From a bacterium (GTDB lineage Bacteria > Bacillota > Clostridia > Christensenellales > CAG-917), in the NCBI GenBank assembly GCA_963656415.1, contig CAVKIG010000001.1, positions 1,770 to 65,769 on the forward strand: DNA of 64,000 nucleotides, in the 5' to 3' direction. Each line of letters opens with the position of its first letter. Positions within the stretch are counted from its first letter, which is position 1. The notes below the pieces were generated by a model, which worked only from the letters and a program-made list of their open reading frames with translations, did not search any database and was not told the DNA's origin. The translations under genes and the position numbers were made by a program. Shown piece after piece: positions 63,625 through 64,000 of the stretch.

Positions 63625-64000
63625 CTATTGCGCGACTTTTTCAAATCGTTTTTCGGCTAAAACTTCAACGCTTGCCCTTCCTGCCGACATCTCGCATATT
63701 TTGTCCGCAAACGTTTTTGCATCGTCTTCACAGACGAAAACCTTGCATTTCACTCCGTCGCCGTAGCTTATGTCGTCGATTATCGCATCGCCTTTGCGGA
63801 TGTGTTTTTCAAGGATTGCAAAAGTTGGATAATCGGCGGAAATTTCTATACCGACGCATTGAGTTTTCACGGAAATCTTTCCTGCCGAAACACCGCTTGC
63901 CGCCGTCTGCGAATACGCACCGACGAGACCGCCCGCGCCCAGTTTTATTCCGCCGAAGTATCTCGTAACGACAATTGCAGTTTTTACGAGACCTTGCTTG
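63625..64000 (-). CDS. YigZ/IMPACT-family protein, C-terminal part; the gene runs off the right edge
   Basis: Extending ORF 63625..63870 upstream gives ...VVTRYFGGIKLGAGGLVGAYSQTA..., the hallmark YigZ motif, with no stop up to position 64000. Confidence 0.75.
   Translation of the reverse strand, partial: KQGLVKTAIVVTRYFGGIKLGAGGLVGAYSQTAASGVSAGKISVKTQCVGIEISADYPTFAILEKHIRKGDAIIDDISYGDGVKCKVFVCEDDAKTFADKICEMSAGRASVEVLAEKRFEKVAQ

Noticed and set aside
1-64000. Prophage, transposon, integron, defence island or biosynthetic gene cluster.
   Set aside because: No integrase, transposase, recombinase, capsid/terminase, restriction-modification, Cas, NTPase/nuclease defence-type or PKS/NRPS/RiPP genes are recognisable. 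Gene content is housekeeping with Bacillus-like synteny, apart from the items listed in the findings.

Overview
This 64-kb window is almost entirely conserved core genome of a spore-forming Firmicute, probably Clostridia-like. Synteny is B. subtilis-type: rbgA / trmD-rimM-KH-rpsP-ffh-ylxM / ftsY-smc-rnc-plsX / rpmF / ackA-pta / tmcAL-ylbJ / ileS / gpr-rpsT / folD / alr-(5-FCL)-(rsmD-coaD) / valS / pgsA / ddh / mazF / recX. I support 57 protein genes, one tRNA-Gly(CCC), one large Bacillus-type SRP RNA, and several sigma-A-like promoters and intrinsic terminators. All calls come from reading the sequence and ORF track against family motifs recalled from memory; no database search was run. I see no transposase, integrase, phage, CRISPR-Cas or recognisable multi-gene defence or biosynthetic locus, and I could not identify a convincing novel multi-gene system. 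What the gene list leaves unexplained is three intergenic islands (about 5.15-5.82 kb, 25.8-26.7 kb and 47.9-48.7 kb). They are assembled from shared, highly structured repeat modules. R1 is a ~160-nt unit with a covarying hairpin and a terminator-like end. R2 is a 300-345-nt bipartite unit with conserved ends and a variable core. The third is a triplet of ~100-nt long-hairpin units with conserved flanks. These modules are the best candidates here for something undescribed (REP/MITE-like elements or multi-copy structured RNAs). Other second-look items: an SRP RNA whose helix-8 tip is not a GNRA tetraloop, a solitary MazF toxin with no antitoxin ORF, an RsmD-CoaD gene fusion, and RNase III with a ~90-aa Lys-rich N-terminal extension. 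Also notable are an HhH/WG-repeat protein coupled to a doubly anchored S8 protease, a likely leaderless mRNA, palindrome clusters upstream of an ABC operon, smc and an AcnX operon, and ileS/valS leaders without T-boxes.
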